A stretch of 64,000 nucleotides of DNA, taken from assembly GCA_965223855.1 (NCBI GenBank), contig CBDCXM010000002.1:192001-256000 (forward strand). The letters are read 5' to 3'. The notes under the pieces are model-generated. The model ran no database searches and had not been told where the DNA came from. It was given only the letters and a program-made list of their open reading frames with translations. Every line of letters starts with the position of its first letter. Position 1 is the stretch's first letter. Both the position numbers and the translations under genes were made by a program. Shown here piece after piece: positions 1 through 9,559 of the stretch. This DNA is from Candidatus Multivoradales bacterium. Lineage in GTDB: Bacteria > Acidobacteriota > Thermoanaerobaculia > Multivoradales > JAHEKO01.

Positions 1-227
1 GCATCTTCTGGGATGACGGGTGCCGCGTCTATCCGGCGAGGCCGACGCAGTGCAGGACCTTTCCCTTCTGGCGTCAGAACCTGGTGACCGAGGGGAGCTG
101 GCAACAGGTGGCGCAGGAGAGTCCGGGGGTCGGACGTGGCAAGCTCTACTCGTTGGCCGAGATCGAGCAGCTGGTGGCCGGAATCGGAGAGACGGGAAGC
201 AGAGACGGAAAACGGAGCGAGCGATGA
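1..227 (+). CDS. YkgJ-family (CxxCxxCC) Zn/Fe-chelating protein, 3' part, truncated by the window edge
   Basis: Frame 3, not in the ORF track, reads IFWDDGCRVYPARPTQCRTFPFW...SPGVGRG and stops at TGA 225-227. The CxVYxxRPxQCRxFPFW motif is typical of this family. Confidence 0.8.
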   Translation, partial: IFWDDGCRVYPARPTQCRTFPFWRQNLVTEGSWQQVAQESPGVGRGKLYSLAEIEQLVAGIGETGSRDGKRSER

Positions 228-246
228 TGGAGCTGGAGACCCGACG

Positions 247-1989
247 ATGAAATGGGCGATGAGCGGCATGGCGCTGGTCCTTGCCTTCGGCACGGCCTGC
301 GCGCCGAGAGGTGGCGACGACGGCCCGAAGGCCGATCTCGTGCTGACCGGCGGGCGGGTCGTGACGATGGACGAATCACTCCCCGAGGCGGAGGCCGTCG
401 CCGTCGCCGGATCGAGGATCGTGGCGGTGGGGTCGGTCGAGGAGATCGCAGCATGGATCGGCGATACCACCCGGGTCATCGACCTCGAGGGCCGGCTGCT
501 CTCTCCGGGCTTCATCGAAGGCCACGGTCACTTTCTCGGCCTCGGTGAGGCGGAGATGATCCTCGATCTCTCTCAGGCGGCGAGCTGGCAGGAGATCGTC
601 GATCAGGTCGCTGCCGCAGTCGAGGAGGCGAGTCCCGGGGACTGGATCCTCGGTCGCGGGTGGCATCAGGAGAAGTGGGACGCTCCTCCCTCTCCGGCCG
701 TCGAGGGCAACCCGGTGCACGCCGGTCTGAGCGCCGTGAGCCCGGAGAATCCGGTGCTGCTGGGACATGCCAGCGGGCATGCGGCGTTCGCCAACGCCCG
801 GGCGATGGAGATGGCGGGTCTCACCGCCGACTCCGAGCCGCCCGCCGGAGGGGAGTTCGGGCGCGACGACTCGGGTGCGCTCACCGGGCTGCTGAGAGAA
901 ACGGCGCAGCGGGTCGTTCGCGCCGCGCTCGAGCAGAGCCGAAGCGAGCGGCCGCCGGAAGCGATCGAAGCGGAGCTGAGGCGCCGGGTCGAGCTCGCCG
1001 GGGAGGAGGCGCTGCGTCACGGAGTGACGAGCTTCCATGATGCCGGCGTCAGTTTCGAGACGATCGACTTCTTCCGTCGCCTCGAGGAGGAAGGGGCGTT
1101 GCCGATCCGTCTCTACGCGATGGTGCGCTACGCCTCGAACGACGAGCTGGCCGGGCGGCTGGCCGACTACTACTGGCCCGCCGAGGGTGACGACTACCTC
1201 ACGGTCCGGTCGATCAAGCGACAGATCGACGGCGCGCTCGGGGCCCATGGCGCCTGGCTGCTCGAGCCCTACGAGGACCTGCCGTCGAGCCACGGCCTCG
1301 TCCTGGAGTCGGAAGAGGAGATCCGCCGTACCGCCGAGGTGGCGATCGAAAACGGCTTTCAGGTCAATACGCACGCCATCGGTGACAGAGCCAACCGTGC
1401 AGTACTCGACATCTACGAGTCGGTCTTCGCGGCCGCCGGAGGGGAGGCGGATCTGCGCTGGCGCATCGAGCACGCTCAGCACGTCCACCCGGACGACCTC
1501 CTGCGCTTCGCTCCGCTGGGGGTCATCGCCTCGATGCAGGGTGTCCATTGCACGTCGGACGCCTCGTGGGTGCCGTTGAGGATCGGCGACGAGCGGGCCG
1601 CCAGCGGCGCCTACATGTGGCGCACCCTTCTCGACCTCGGTGTCGTCATCAACAACGGCACCGACGTGCCGGTGGAGAAGATCGACCCGATCGCCAGTTT
1701 CTATGCATCGGTGTCGCGCCGTCTGGCGGGCGGCTCGACGTTCTATCCCGAGCAGAGCATGACGCGCATGGAGGCGCTCGAGAGCTACACACTGAGCAAC
1801 GCCTACGCCGCCTTCGAGGAAGATCTCAAGGGCTCGATCACCGTCGGCAAGCTCGCCGATCTCGTGGTGCTCTCGCGCGACATCCTGGCGGTCGACGAGG
1901 ACGAGATTCCGGGCACCGAGATCGACTACACGATCCTGGGAGGCGAGGTTCGCTACGAGAGGGGGCCTTGGGTGGCTCCGAAGTCCTGA
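247..1989 (+). CDS. YtcJ-like amidohydrolase (Amidohydro_3), predicted lipoprotein
   Basis: Motifs PGFIEGHGH, GRGWHQ, DGALG, THAIGDRAN, RIEHAQ, GTDVPV, GKLAD. Signal peptide with lipobox FGTAC. GGAG precedes ATG 247. Confidence 0.88.
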   Translation: MKWAMSGMALVLAFGTACAPRGGDDGPKADLVLTGGRVVTMDESLPEAEAVAVAGSRIVAVGSVEEIAAWIGDTTRVIDLEGRLLSPGFIEGHGHFLGLGEAEMILDLSQAASWQEIVDQVAAAVEEASPGDWILGRGWHQEKWDAPPSPAVEGNPVHAGLSAVSPENPVLLGHASGHAAFANARAMEMAGLTADSEPPAGGEFGRDDSGALTGLLRETAQRVVRAALEQSRSERPPEAIEAELRRRVELAGEEALRHGVTSFHDAGVSFETIDFFRRLEEEGALPIRLYAMVRYASNDELAGRLADYYWPAEGDDYLTVRSIKRQIDGALGAHGAWLLEPYEDLPSSHGLVLESEEEIRRTAEVAIENGFQVNTHAIGDRANRAVLDIYESVFAAAGGEADLRWRIEHAQHVHPDDLLRFAPLGVIASMQGVHCTSDASWVPLRIGDERAASGAYMWRTLLDLGVVINNGTDVPVEKIDPIASFYASVSRRLAGGSTFYPEQSMTRMEALESYTLSNAYAAFEEDLKGSITVGKLADLVVLSRDILAVDEDEIPGTEIDYTILGGEVRYERGPWVAPKS

Positions 1990-2023
1990 CTGTGGAGAGA
2001 TCGTGGATCGAGGAGGGCGAGCG

Positions 2024-2371
2024 ATGATCGAACTCATCTGCACCCGCACCTGAACGACCTGCCGCAAGGCGGTCGCCTTGCTCGAAGAGAAAGGGGCCGA
2101 GTACCGCTACCGCGAGTACCGGAGCGATCCGCTTTCCGTCGATGAGATTCGCGCCGTCCTCGCCAAACTCGGCGTCGAGCCGGTCGAGGTGCTGCGAAGG
2201 CGTGACCGGGCGTGGAAGGAGCTCGACCTGACCGGCGAGGAGACCGCCGAGGACTGGATCGCCCACATGGCGGCGCATCCGACGCTGCTCCAGCGTCCGA
2301 TTGCCGTGCGCGGCGATCGCGCGGTGGTCGGCCGGCCGGTGGAGCGACTGCTCGAGCTGCTCGAAGACTGA
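2024..2371 (+). CDS. ArsC/Spx/YffB-family thioredoxin-fold protein, candidate selenoprotein (UxxC; in-frame TGA 2051-2053)
   Basis: SD AGGAGG at 2011-2016, then ATG 2024 reading MIELICTRT-TGA-TTCRKAVALLEEKG, in frame with ORF 2078-2371 (LLQRPI motif). TGA sits at the first Cys of the family CxxCRKA motif. Confidence 0.8.
2055..2094 (+). promoter_or_regulatory. Putative bacterial SECIS hairpin(s) 3' of the UGA
   Basis: CGACC-U-GCC[GCAA]GGC-GGUCG (2055-2075) followed by CCUU-G-CUC[GAA]GAG-A-AAGG (2076-2094). Both loops start with G. Confidence 0.5.
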
Positions 2372-2476
2372 GGAGCGGAGCTACCGGGTGCGAGTCGTCG
2401 GTACGGGGTCCAGGTCGGAGCGCAGTTCGAGGTGCAGTCGCAGGCCCGGTTCGAGATGCGGCCGGGTGACTCGAGC

Positions 2477-3751
2477 ATGACCCTCGAGCTCGCGGATCGG
2501 GATCGCGCCCGGCTTGCGGGAGAGGAGGGCGAGGCGGCGAGGCTCGCCATGCAGGTGCTCGTCGACATGGCCGAGATCTACGGTGCGCGACGGCTGCTCG
2601 ACATCGAGTCGGCGCACGTCGACGGCTGCCTCTACCACGGCGACTCGGGGATCGACTTTGCACAGCGCCTCGTCGCGGGCGGCGGCCGGGTCGCGGTTCC
2701 GACGACGCTCAATGTCGGGGCGCTCGACCTGCTGCATCCCGACGCGTTCCAGGGAGACGAGGTTCGCCGCGGCAAGGCGGGGCGGCTGATGGAGCTCTAT
2801 CGCGACCTCGGCTGCGAGCCGACCTGGACCTGTGCCCCCTACCAGATCGGCCATCGGCCGGCGCTGGGCGCGCAGGTCGCCTGGGCCGAGAGCAACGCGA
2901 TCGTCTTCGTCAATTCGGTCCTCGGTGCGCGCACGAACCGGTACGGCGATTTCATCGACATCTGCGCGGCGCTGACCGGCCGGGCTCCTGACTGCGGCCT
3001 CCACCAGCAGGGAGCGCGCCGCGCCACGCGCGTCTACCGTCTGGAGGGCTTTCCGCAGCGGCTGCTCGAGAGTCCGATGCTGGCGCCGGTGCTCGGCTAC
3101 GCCGTCGGGGCGGACTGCGCCGGTGCCGTTCCCGCCATCGTCGGTCTGCCACCGACGACGGGAGAGGATTTCCTGAAGGCTCTGGGCGCCGCTGCAGCCT
3201 CTTCCGGGGCGGTCGCCCTCTTCCACGCCGTCGGCGTGACGCCGGAGGCGCCCACCCTGGAAGCGGCGCTCCAGGGGGAGGAGCCGACGACGGAGAGGGT
3301 CCTGACGCCGGCCGACCTGGCACCGGTGCTGGCGAAGCTCTCGACCGTGCCCGACGGTGAGATCGCCGCCGTGGCGCTCGGCAGCCCTCACTTCTCCCTC
3401 GACGAGTTCGAGCGCCTGCTGCCGCTGGTGGAGGCGTACCCACCGTTGCCGTCGGTCGAGTTCGTCGTCTGCACGCATCGGGTTGCCCTTGCCGCTCTCG
3501 AGGCGCGGGGCGCCGCCGAGCGGCTCCGTCGCGCCGGGGTGCGGGTGATCGTCGATACCTGCGTGGTCGTGACCCCGATCCTGCGGACCGTCTCGGGGGC
3601 CCTGATGACCGATTCCGGCAAGTTCGCTCACTACACTCCGGGCAACACCGGTCTCGAAGTGATCTTCGGCTCGCTCGAAGAGTGCGTGCGCTCGGCCCAT
3701 CAGGGGACGGTGTGGCGCGATCGCGAGTTGTGGGCGGAGGCGACCTCGTGA
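2477..3751 (+). CDS. Aconitase X catalytic (large) subunit, DUF521
   Basis: Motifs AHVDGC, PTTLNV, TWTCAPY, AWAESNA, NSVLGARTNRYGD, GSPHFS, DTC, TDSGK. Start may be 2456. Confidence 0.88.
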   Translation: MTLELADRDRARLAGEEGEAARLAMQVLVDMAEIYGARRLLDIESAHVDGCLYHGDSGIDFAQRLVAGGGRVAVPTTLNVGALDLLHPDAFQGDEVRRGKAGRLMELYRDLGCEPTWTCAPYQIGHRPALGAQVAWAESNAIVFVNSVLGARTNRYGDFIDICAALTGRAPDCGLHQQGARRATRVYRLEGFPQRLLESPMLAPVLGYAVGADCAGAVPAIVGLPPTTGEDFLKALGAAAASSGAVALFHAVGVTPEAPTLEAALQGEEPTTERVLTPADLAPVLAKLSTVPDGEIAAVALGSPHFSLDEFERLLPLVEAYPPLPSVEFVVCTHRVALAALEARGAAERLRRAGVRVIVDTCVVVTPILRTVSGALMTDSGKFAHYTPGNTGLEVIFGSLEECVRSAHQGTVWRDRELWAEATS

Positions 3752-4218
3752 CCGGGGAGCGGACACCGGGTGGGCGGCCCGGAGGGAGAGGAGACGGCGC
3801 CGTGAGCTGCCGCAACCTCGTCGCCGGCAGTGCCGAAGGGAGAGTCGTCGTGCTGGAAGAGCCGCTGAGCTTCTGGGGCGGCTTCGACCCGGAGACCGGC
3901 CGGGTGATCGACCGGCGGCACCCGCAGAAGGGAGCCCGCCTGAGCGGCCGGATGGTCGCCCTCCCTGCCGGCCGCGGATCGAGCAGCGCCAGCAGCGTGC
4001 TGCTGGAGGCGATCCGGCTCGGAACGGCGCCCGCGGCTCTGCTGCTCGGCGAGGCCGACGGCATCCTGGCGCTGGGCGCGGTCGTCGGGCGTGAGCTCTA
4101 CGGCACGGCGCCCGCGCTGGTCGTCGTGCCGGCCGCCGCCCACGGCGAACTGCGGGACGGCGCCTTGGCCGTCGTCGACGAGTCGGGGCTCCTCACCGTC
4201 GACGGCCGGGAGTCGTGA
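3748..4218 (+). CDS. Aconitase X swivel (small) subunit, DUF126
   Basis: PLSFWGGFDPETG...HP...GRGSSSAS. GTGA overlap with the large subunit. Alternative start 3802. Confidence 0.88.
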   Translation: MTGERTPGGRPGGRGDGAVSCRNLVAGSAEGRVVVLEEPLSFWGGFDPETGRVIDRRHPQKGARLSGRMVALPAGRGSSSASSVLLEAIRLGTAPAALLLGEADGILALGAVVGRELYGTAPALVVVPAAAHGELRDGALAVVDESGLLTVDGRES

Positions 4219-5984
4219 TAAGTCTGACGACAGCCAAGCCCGGGATGGGGACCGGGGGTGGAGGTCGCGTGAGGCGAGGATCCAAGGTCGAGCAGGTGTG
4301 CCGCAGGCAGAGCGCCTGCGTGCAGGTCGTCGGTATGCTGGCGGTCGGCGCAGCACTGTGGCTCGGCTGCGCCCGTACCGAGCAGGTGGATCTGGTGCTG
4401 CGGGGCGGCACGCTCTACGACGGCTCAGGCTCCGCGCCCCGTGTCGGCGACGTGGCGATCGACGGCGACCGGATCCTGGCGGTCGCCGAGACGCTCGACG
4501 GGTACCGGGGTGTCGAGGAGATCGACGTCAGCGGGCTCGCGGTCGCGCCCGGTTTCGTCAACATGCTCAGTTGGGCGACCGAGAGCCTGCTCGAGGATCC
4601 GCGCGCTCAAAGCGACATCCGCCAGGGCGTGACCCTGGAGGTCTTCGGGGAGGGCTGGTCGATGGGCCCTCTCAACGAAGCGATGACGGCGGAGATGGTC
4701 GAGCGCCAGGGGGACATCCGCTACGACATCGAATGGACGACGCTCGGCGGCTACCTCGAGCATCTGGAAGGGCGGGGGGTCGCTCCCAACGTGGCCTCCT
4801 ATGTCGGGGCGACGACGGTGCGGATCCACGAGCTCGGCTACGAGGATCGCGCTCCGACCGCCGAGGAGCTCGATCGCATGAGGGGCCTCGTCGCGGCGGC
4901 GATGAAGGAGGGGGCGCTCGGCGTCGGCTCGTCGCTGATCTACGCGCCCGCCTACTACGCCTCGACCGACGAGCTGGTGGCGCTGGCGAGCGAGGCCGCG
5001 AGCTACGGAGGGCTCTACGTCTCCCACATCCGCAGCGAGGGTGACGGGCTGCTCGAGGCGATCGACGAGCTGGTCGAGATCTCGCGGCGATCCGGCGCTC
5101 GCGCGGAGATCTACCACCTCAAGGCGTCGCGCCCCGACAACTGGTCGAAGCTCGAGCCGGCGATCGAGAAGATCGAGGCGGCGCGGCGCTCCGGGCTCGA
5201 CATCGCCGCCAACATCTACACCTATCCGGCGAGCGCGACCGGGCTCGACGCCGCGATGCCGGCCTGGGTCCAGGAAGGGGGGCACGAGGCGTGGGTCGCG
5301 CGTCTGAAGGACCCGGCGGTGCGCGATCGTCTGCGCGAGGAGCTGGATCTCCTGCCTCCCGAGAAGATGCTCTTCATCGATTTCCGCAACGAGGCGCTGG
5401 CACCGCTGATCGGCAAGACGCTGGCGGAGGTCTCCGAGATCCGCGGCACCACACCCGAGGACACGGTGATGGATCTCGTCATCGAGGACGACAGCCGAGT
5501 CGGCACGATCTACTTCTCGATGTCCGAGGAGAACGTGCGCCGCAAGGTCGCCGTTCCGTGGGTGAGCTTCGGTTCCGACGCCGGGGCCCCATCGACCGAA
5601 GGGGTGTTCATCGAGTCGAGCACCCATCCTCGCGCCTACGGCACCTTCGCGCGGCTCCTCGGGCGCTATGTGCGCGAAGAGCGGGTCATCCCGCTCGAGG
5701 AGGCGGTTCGACGCCTCACCTCATGGCCGGCGACGAGGCTCGGCATCGAGGAGCGGGGGCGGCTCGAAGCGGGTCTCTACGCCGACCTGGCGGTCTTCGA
5801 TCCGGACGAGGTGGGGGATCGGGCGACTTTCGAGGCGCCCCATCAGTACTCGGTCGGGATGAAGCATGTCCTCGTCAACGGCATCGCGGTTCTAAAGAAC
5901 GGCGAGCCGACCGGCGCGACACCGGGGCGTTTCGTGCGGGGGCCGGGATATGAGCGCCCGCCCGCGCAGGAGGGGGCGAGTTGA
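4215..5984 (+). CDS. N-acyl-D-amino-acid deacylase (D-aminoacylase family), probable lipoprotein
   Basis: APGFVNMLSW, QGVTLEVFGEG, SHIRSEG, IYHLK, GSDAG, HPRAYG, ADLAVFD. Lipobox LWLGC. The true start is probably further downstream (e.g. 4335). Confidence 0.85.
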   Translation: MISLTTAKPGMGTGGGGRVRRGSKVEQVCRRQSACVQVVGMLAVGAALWLGCARTEQVDLVLRGGTLYDGSGSAPRVGDVAIDGDRILAVAETLDGYRGVEEIDVSGLAVAPGFVNMLSWATESLLEDPRAQSDIRQGVTLEVFGEGWSMGPLNEAMTAEMVERQGDIRYDIEWTTLGGYLEHLEGRGVAPNVASYVGATTVRIHELGYEDRAPTAEELDRMRGLVAAAMKEGALGVGSSLIYAPAYYASTDELVALASEAASYGGLYVSHIRSEGDGLLEAIDELVEISRRSGARAEIYHLKASRPDNWSKLEPAIEKIEAARRSGLDIAANIYTYPASATGLDAAMPAWVQEGGHEAWVARLKDPAVRDRLREELDLLPPEKMLFIDFRNEALAPLIGKTLAEVSEIRGTTPEDTVMDLVIEDDSRVGTIYFSMSEENVRRKVAVPWVSFGSDAGAPSTEGVFIESSTHPRAYGTFARLLGRYVREERVIPLEEAVRRLTSWPATRLGIEERGRLEAGLYADLAVFDPDEVGDRATFEAPHQYSVGMKHVLVNGIAVLKNGEPTGATPGRFVRGPGYERPPAQEGAS

Positions 5985-8014
5985 GCCGGAGAAGGCCCTT
6001 CGGGAGGTGGGTCCTGCCGGCGCTTCTCCTGTCGTCGGGAGCAGTCACGGCCCAGGAGTCCGAGACCCCGGTGCAGGAGGCTCTCTCTCCCCGCAACGCC
6101 AACTACACGATCGAGGTGCAACTCGATCCGACGACCCGGCTTCTCACCGGCCGGCAGCTTCTGACCTGGACGAATCTGCAGGAGGCACCGACCCGGCGAC
6201 TCTGGTTTCACCTCTACTGGAACGGCTGGCGCAACCGCCACAGCACGTGGATGCGGGAGGATCGGATTCGCGGTCGAAGCAGCCTGGGAGAGAAGGTAGA
6301 CCTCGATGACTGGAGCTACATCGACATCGAGTCGGTCCGCCTGCCCGACACCGGGCAGGATCTGACCCGCACCCTCTATTTCGCCTTCCCCGACGACCGC
6401 AACACCGCCGACCGGACCGTGGTCGTGGTCCTGCTGCCGGAAGCGGTGGCGCCGGGCGAGACGGTGCGACTGGAGATGGAGTGGGAAGCGAAGGTGCCCC
6501 GCACGTTCGCCCGCACCGGCTATCGCGGCGATTCCTACTTTCTGGCGCACTGGTTCCCCAAGCTGGCGGTCTACGAGGAGTCGGGCTGGAACAGCCACCA
6601 GTTCCATGCGGCGACCGAGTTCTACTCGGACTACGGCGTCTACGACGTCTCGATGACGGTGCCGGAAGGATGGGTCCTCGGTGCGACCGGTCGCGAGGTC
6701 GAGGTTCGCAGCAACGGTGACGGCACGGCGACGCACCGCTACCGGCAGGAGGACGTCCACGCCTTCACCTGGACGACCAGTCCCGACTACGTCGTGCTCG
6801 AGGAGCGCTTCGAACACGACGCTCTGCCACCCGTCGATCTGCGGCTGCTGCTGCAACCGGAGCACGTCTCACAGGCAGAGCGCCACTTCGCCGCCACCAG
6901 GGCGACCCTGGAGCGCTACGGCGAGTGGTTCGGCCCCTATCCGTACGGTCATCTGACGATCGTCGATCCCGCCTGGGGCGCGGGCTTCGGCGGCATGGAG
7001 TACCCGACGATCTTCACCTCGGGCACCAGGCTCTTCGCCCCGTTCGGCGGCGGCCGCCCGGAGGGGGTGACGGTTCACGAGGCGGGCCACCAGTTCTGGT
7101 ACGGCATCGTCGGCAACAACGAGTTCGAGTTCGCGTGGCTCGACGAGGGGATCAACACCTACGCCACCGCACGGACGATGATGGACGCCTTCGGGCCGTC
7201 GAAGTACACCTACCGCTTCTTCCGTCCGCCGGGGTTCCGGTCGAGCGGTTTCCTGGCCACCCTCGTCGACGGCTACGACTACGGGGGACGGATGCTCGCA
7301 GGCCGGGTCGGCCGCTACAGGAGGACCGCCGGCCACGACCTGCAGTCGAACCCGACCTGGCGCTACTACCCGGCGAGTGCCGGGAACATCAGCTACAGCA
7401 AGACCGCTCTGTGGCTCGCGACGCTCGAGAACTGGCTCGGCTGGGAGGTCTTCCAGGACGTGATGGCGACCTTCTTCGAGCGTTGGAGCTTCCGGCACCC
7501 GACGGCGGACGACTTCGTCGCCGTGGCGGAAGAGAGGACAGAGCCCGACGTCACCCCCTTCCTGGAGGCGGTGCTCGGCGACGCCGTTTTCGACTACTCG
7601 ATTCAGCAGGTCGCGACCTTCCCTGCCGGCAACGAGGGGTGGCTCAATGACGGCGACGAGCGGGTCCTCGAAGCGCGGCCCGAAGGCGAGCCGGAGCTCT
7701 ACCGCAGCGAGGTTGTCGTGCGGCGCCTCGGCACGGGCGTCTTCCCCGTCGAGGTGCTGATGGTGTTCGAGGACGGGCACGAGATCCGCACCCGCTGGTC
7801 GGGCGAGGAGCGCTGGAAGCTGCTCGTCGAGGAGCATGCGGCGCGGCTGGCATGGGCTGAAGTCGATCCCGATCGCGTGCTGCTGCTCGACACCCATCGC
7901 AACAACAACAGCCGGCAGGTGACTGGGGAGGCCGAGCTCCCGGCCACCAAGTGGGCTGCACGCTGGATGGTCTGGTTTCAGGACTTTCTGGCGACCTTCA
8001 CCGCCTTCGTCTGA
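5981..8014 (+). CDS. M1-family zinc metallopeptidase, secreted
   Basis: GGMEYP, HEAGH...WLDEG (HEXXH-X18-E), signal peptide. Confidence 0.9.
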   Translation: MSRRRPFGRWVLPALLLSSGAVTAQESETPVQEALSPRNANYTIEVQLDPTTRLLTGRQLLTWTNLQEAPTRRLWFHLYWNGWRNRHSTWMREDRIRGRSSLGEKVDLDDWSYIDIESVRLPDTGQDLTRTLYFAFPDDRNTADRTVVVVLLPEAVAPGETVRLEMEWEAKVPRTFARTGYRGDSYFLAHWFPKLAVYEESGWNSHQFHAATEFYSDYGVYDVSMTVPEGWVLGATGREVEVRSNGDGTATHRYRQEDVHAFTWTTSPDYVVLEERFEHDALPPVDLRLLLQPEHVSQAERHFAATRATLERYGEWFGPYPYGHLTIVDPAWGAGFGGMEYPTIFTSGTRLFAPFGGGRPEGVTVHEAGHQFWYGIVGNNEFEFAWLDEGINTYATARTMMDAFGPSKYTYRFFRPPGFRSSGFLATLVDGYDYGGRMLAGRVGRYRRTAGHDLQSNPTWRYYPASAGNISYSKTALWLATLENWLGWEVFQDVMATFFERWSFRHPTADDFVAVAEERTEPDVTPFLEAVLGDAVFDYSIQQVATFPAGNEGWLNDGDERVLEARPEGEPELYRSEVVVRRLGTGVFPVEVLMVFEDGHEIRTRWSGEERWKLLVEEHAARLAWAEVDPDRVLLLDTHRNNNSRQVTGEAELPATKWAARWMVWFQDFLATFTAFV

Positions 8015-8017
8015 AGA

Positions 8018-8956
8018 ATGCTGACGCGCGCTCTCGCCACCGGTTGTCGCCTCGTCGCCCGCTCCTGGGCGGTGGTGCTGCTCCTGTGGGCTCTGACCCT
8101 TCTCACGGCGCTGCCGGCGGCGTTGTGGATGAAGAGTGCGGTCGAACAGGGGATCGGGACGAGCCGGGTCCACCTCGATCTGCGGCAGAGGATGGACCTC
8201 GCCTGGCTGAGCGAGTTCCATGCCCGAGCCGGAGAGCTCGGCGACACTCTCGACGCCACGACGACCAGCAGGGTCGATCGCCTCAAGAACCTGGAGTCGC
8301 TGCTGACGGGCGGCCTGTTCGAAAAGGCTCCGGGACTGGTCGCCCTCGGCGTCCTGTTCGCGCTCTTCTGGTTGCTGCTCCAGGGAGGGGTGATCGATCG
8401 CCTGGCGCGAGGCGGCGGGGCGCCGCTGGCGGGACCGTTCCTCGGTGCCTGCGGTCGCTACTGCGGCCGCCTGCTGAGGGTGACGCTCCTCTCGCTGCCG
8501 ATCTACTGGGGCCTCTACGAGCTTGCCGCCTGGTCCTTCGACCGGGTGCAGACCGCGGCGCGAGACGTGACCGCCGAGACGACGGTGTTCGTCTGGTCGC
8601 TGGGCGTCGCCCTCCCGCTCGTAGTGCTGGCGGTGCTGGTCGGAGCGTTCTTCGACTACGCCAGGGTCGCGTCGGTGGCGGCCGAAGAGTCGTCGGCGCT
8701 GCGCTCTCTGGGGCACGCCGCCAGGGTCTTCAGGCGCCACGCGGTCGCCGTCCCCGTGCTCGCCTTGCTGTTCGCGATGCTGGCTGCCGGACTGGTGGCG
8801 CTCCGCTTCGCGATCGACCTGCCGCCGTCCGAAGCGACCGCCGGGGGCATCCTCGCGATCTTCGCCATCGGCCAGCTCCACCTGCTGGCTCGGCTGGCGC
8901 TCGGTCTTTGGGCGACGGCGGCGCAACTCACGGTGTTTCGCTCGGCCAGCCGCTAG
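8018..8956 (+). CDS. Polytopic membrane protein of unknown function
   Basis: About 6 hydrophobic segments. Starts 3 nt after the M1 peptidase stop. Confidence 0.7.
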   Translation: MLTRALATGCRLVARSWAVVLLLWALTLLTALPAALWMKSAVEQGIGTSRVHLDLRQRMDLAWLSEFHARAGELGDTLDATTTSRVDRLKNLESLLTGGLFEKAPGLVALGVLFALFWLLLQGGVIDRLARGGGAPLAGPFLGACGRYCGRLLRVTLLSLPIYWGLYELAAWSFDRVQTAARDVTAETTVFVWSLGVALPLVVLAVLVGAFFDYARVASVAAEESSALRSLGHAARVFRRHAVAVPVLALLFAMLAAGLVALRFAIDLPPSEATAGGILAIFAIGQLHLLARLALGLWATAAQLTVFRSASR

Positions 8957-8982
8957 CCGCTAGCCGCAGAGGGGCTCGCCAC

Positions 8983-9503
8983 GCCTGTCTTCCTTCGCTT
9001 CTTCAGGCAGGGCAGGGCCGACCTCGCGCCCGACGAGAGACGCGAGTCCGCCCTCCCGAGGCGACTTCCGGATTCCGTTCAGCGATGACGGTGTACTCGC
9101 CGCGGAGGAAGACGCGTGCATGCTGGAGTACCTGAAGGCCTTTCTCCAGGTTGGTGCAGGGCGTGGATTCTGCCATCGGCGCCAGGTTCTCGGAGGTTCT
9201 CGGAGGGCTCGGTCTCGGTCGGTCGAGGCCGGGGCTGCGACGTTCTCGGCCTTTCCATGTCGGCTCTTCCAGGTAAGGCGAAAGACAGGCAGTTTCGCGA
9301 TCGTCGAGAGAGGCGAGTCCGTGGTCCTCGCTCGACTTGGAGCTCCCATGGAGCGATCGCGCTCTCATGCACCGAGTACGTTCCGTGGCCTGCTGTCGTA
9401 CCTGGAGTTCTTTCGCGAAGGTCTACCGAAGATCGAGATGGGCTTTCCTCGAGAGAACCGGGAGGCCAGGGAGGACCGAGCGTTCACACGCCGGCCTCTC
9501 GAC
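8983..9503. repeat. Two consecutive long imperfect inverted repeats in the intergenic region
   Basis: 8983-8998 pairs with 9278-9290 and 9050-9060 with 9199-9208. In the second unit 9303-9310 pairs with 9496-9503 and 9323-9329 with 9471-9477. Confidence 0.4.
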
Positions 9504-9559
9504 CTCTCGCACCGACGACCCGCTCGCCGGCTGAGAGGGAGGCGATGGCGCAGTTCAGG

